Below, one piece after another: positions 38,706 through 38,841 of a DNA stretch of 38,841 bases. The notes under the pieces were generated by a model, which did not search any database, was not told where the DNA came from, and saw only the letters and a program-made list of their open reading frames with translations. This stretch comes from Meiothermus sp. (lineage in GTDB: Bacteria; Deinococcota; Deinococci; Deinococcales; Thermaceae), in contig JANRLD010000058.1 in NCBI GenBank assembly GCA_033762915.1, positions 1-38,841 of the forward strand. Direction: 5' to 3'. Positions within the stretch are counted from its first letter, which is position 1. Every line of letters begins with the position of its first letter. Made by a program: the position numbers and the translations under genes.

Positions 38706-38841
38706 GGTCAAGATAGGACGGGCACACGGTGGATGCCCTGGCACCTGAACCGAAGAAGGACGCGAATACCTGCGAAAAGCTCGGCGGAGGCGGTAGTAGC
38801 CATTGAGGCCGGGGTGTCCGAATGGGGGAACCCAGCCGAGG
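38706..38841 (+). rRNA. rrl: 23S rRNA, 5' end (truncated by the window edge)
   Basis: GGTCAAG...CACGGTGGATGCCCTGGCAC...AAGGACG...CTGCGAAAAGC...TCCGAATGGGGGAACCC, the conserved 5' domain I of 23S rRNA, Thermaceae-like. Confidence 0.95.

Noticed and set aside
38446..38727. 93-aa ORF on the minus strand
   Set aside because: It overlaps the rRNA promoter, leader and 23S 5' end.

Overview
A GC-rich chromosomal window from a Thermaceae bacterium (Meiothermus/Calidithermus-like, judged from MutS, the GH42/GH36 galactosidases and the 23S rRNA 5' end). Gene content: a Pat-type GNAT/acyl-CoA-synthetase-like fusion; DinB and ModE-like genes; a low-GC putative abortive-infection gene; mutS and mutL; corA; a class V aminotransferase; a methyltransferase; an osmoprotectant ABC pair; a copper-handling locus; thiN; a galactoside ABC/PhyH/GH42/GH36/galT cluster; an M24 peptidase; chrA; an MFS gene; and the start of a separately promoted 23S rRNA gene. 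Top candidates for novelty: (1) the copper locus, headed by a DUF2946-like CxxC...RGPP leader protein and followed by CopC, CopC, CopD and an MbnP/MbnH pair with no TonB receptor or methanobactin genes; (2) a palindromic REP-like element inserted in frame in mutS, adding about 31 aa; (3) several modular or nested repeat families, plus strong CTCGAG over-representation. All family calls come from motif recognition by eye; no database searches were run.
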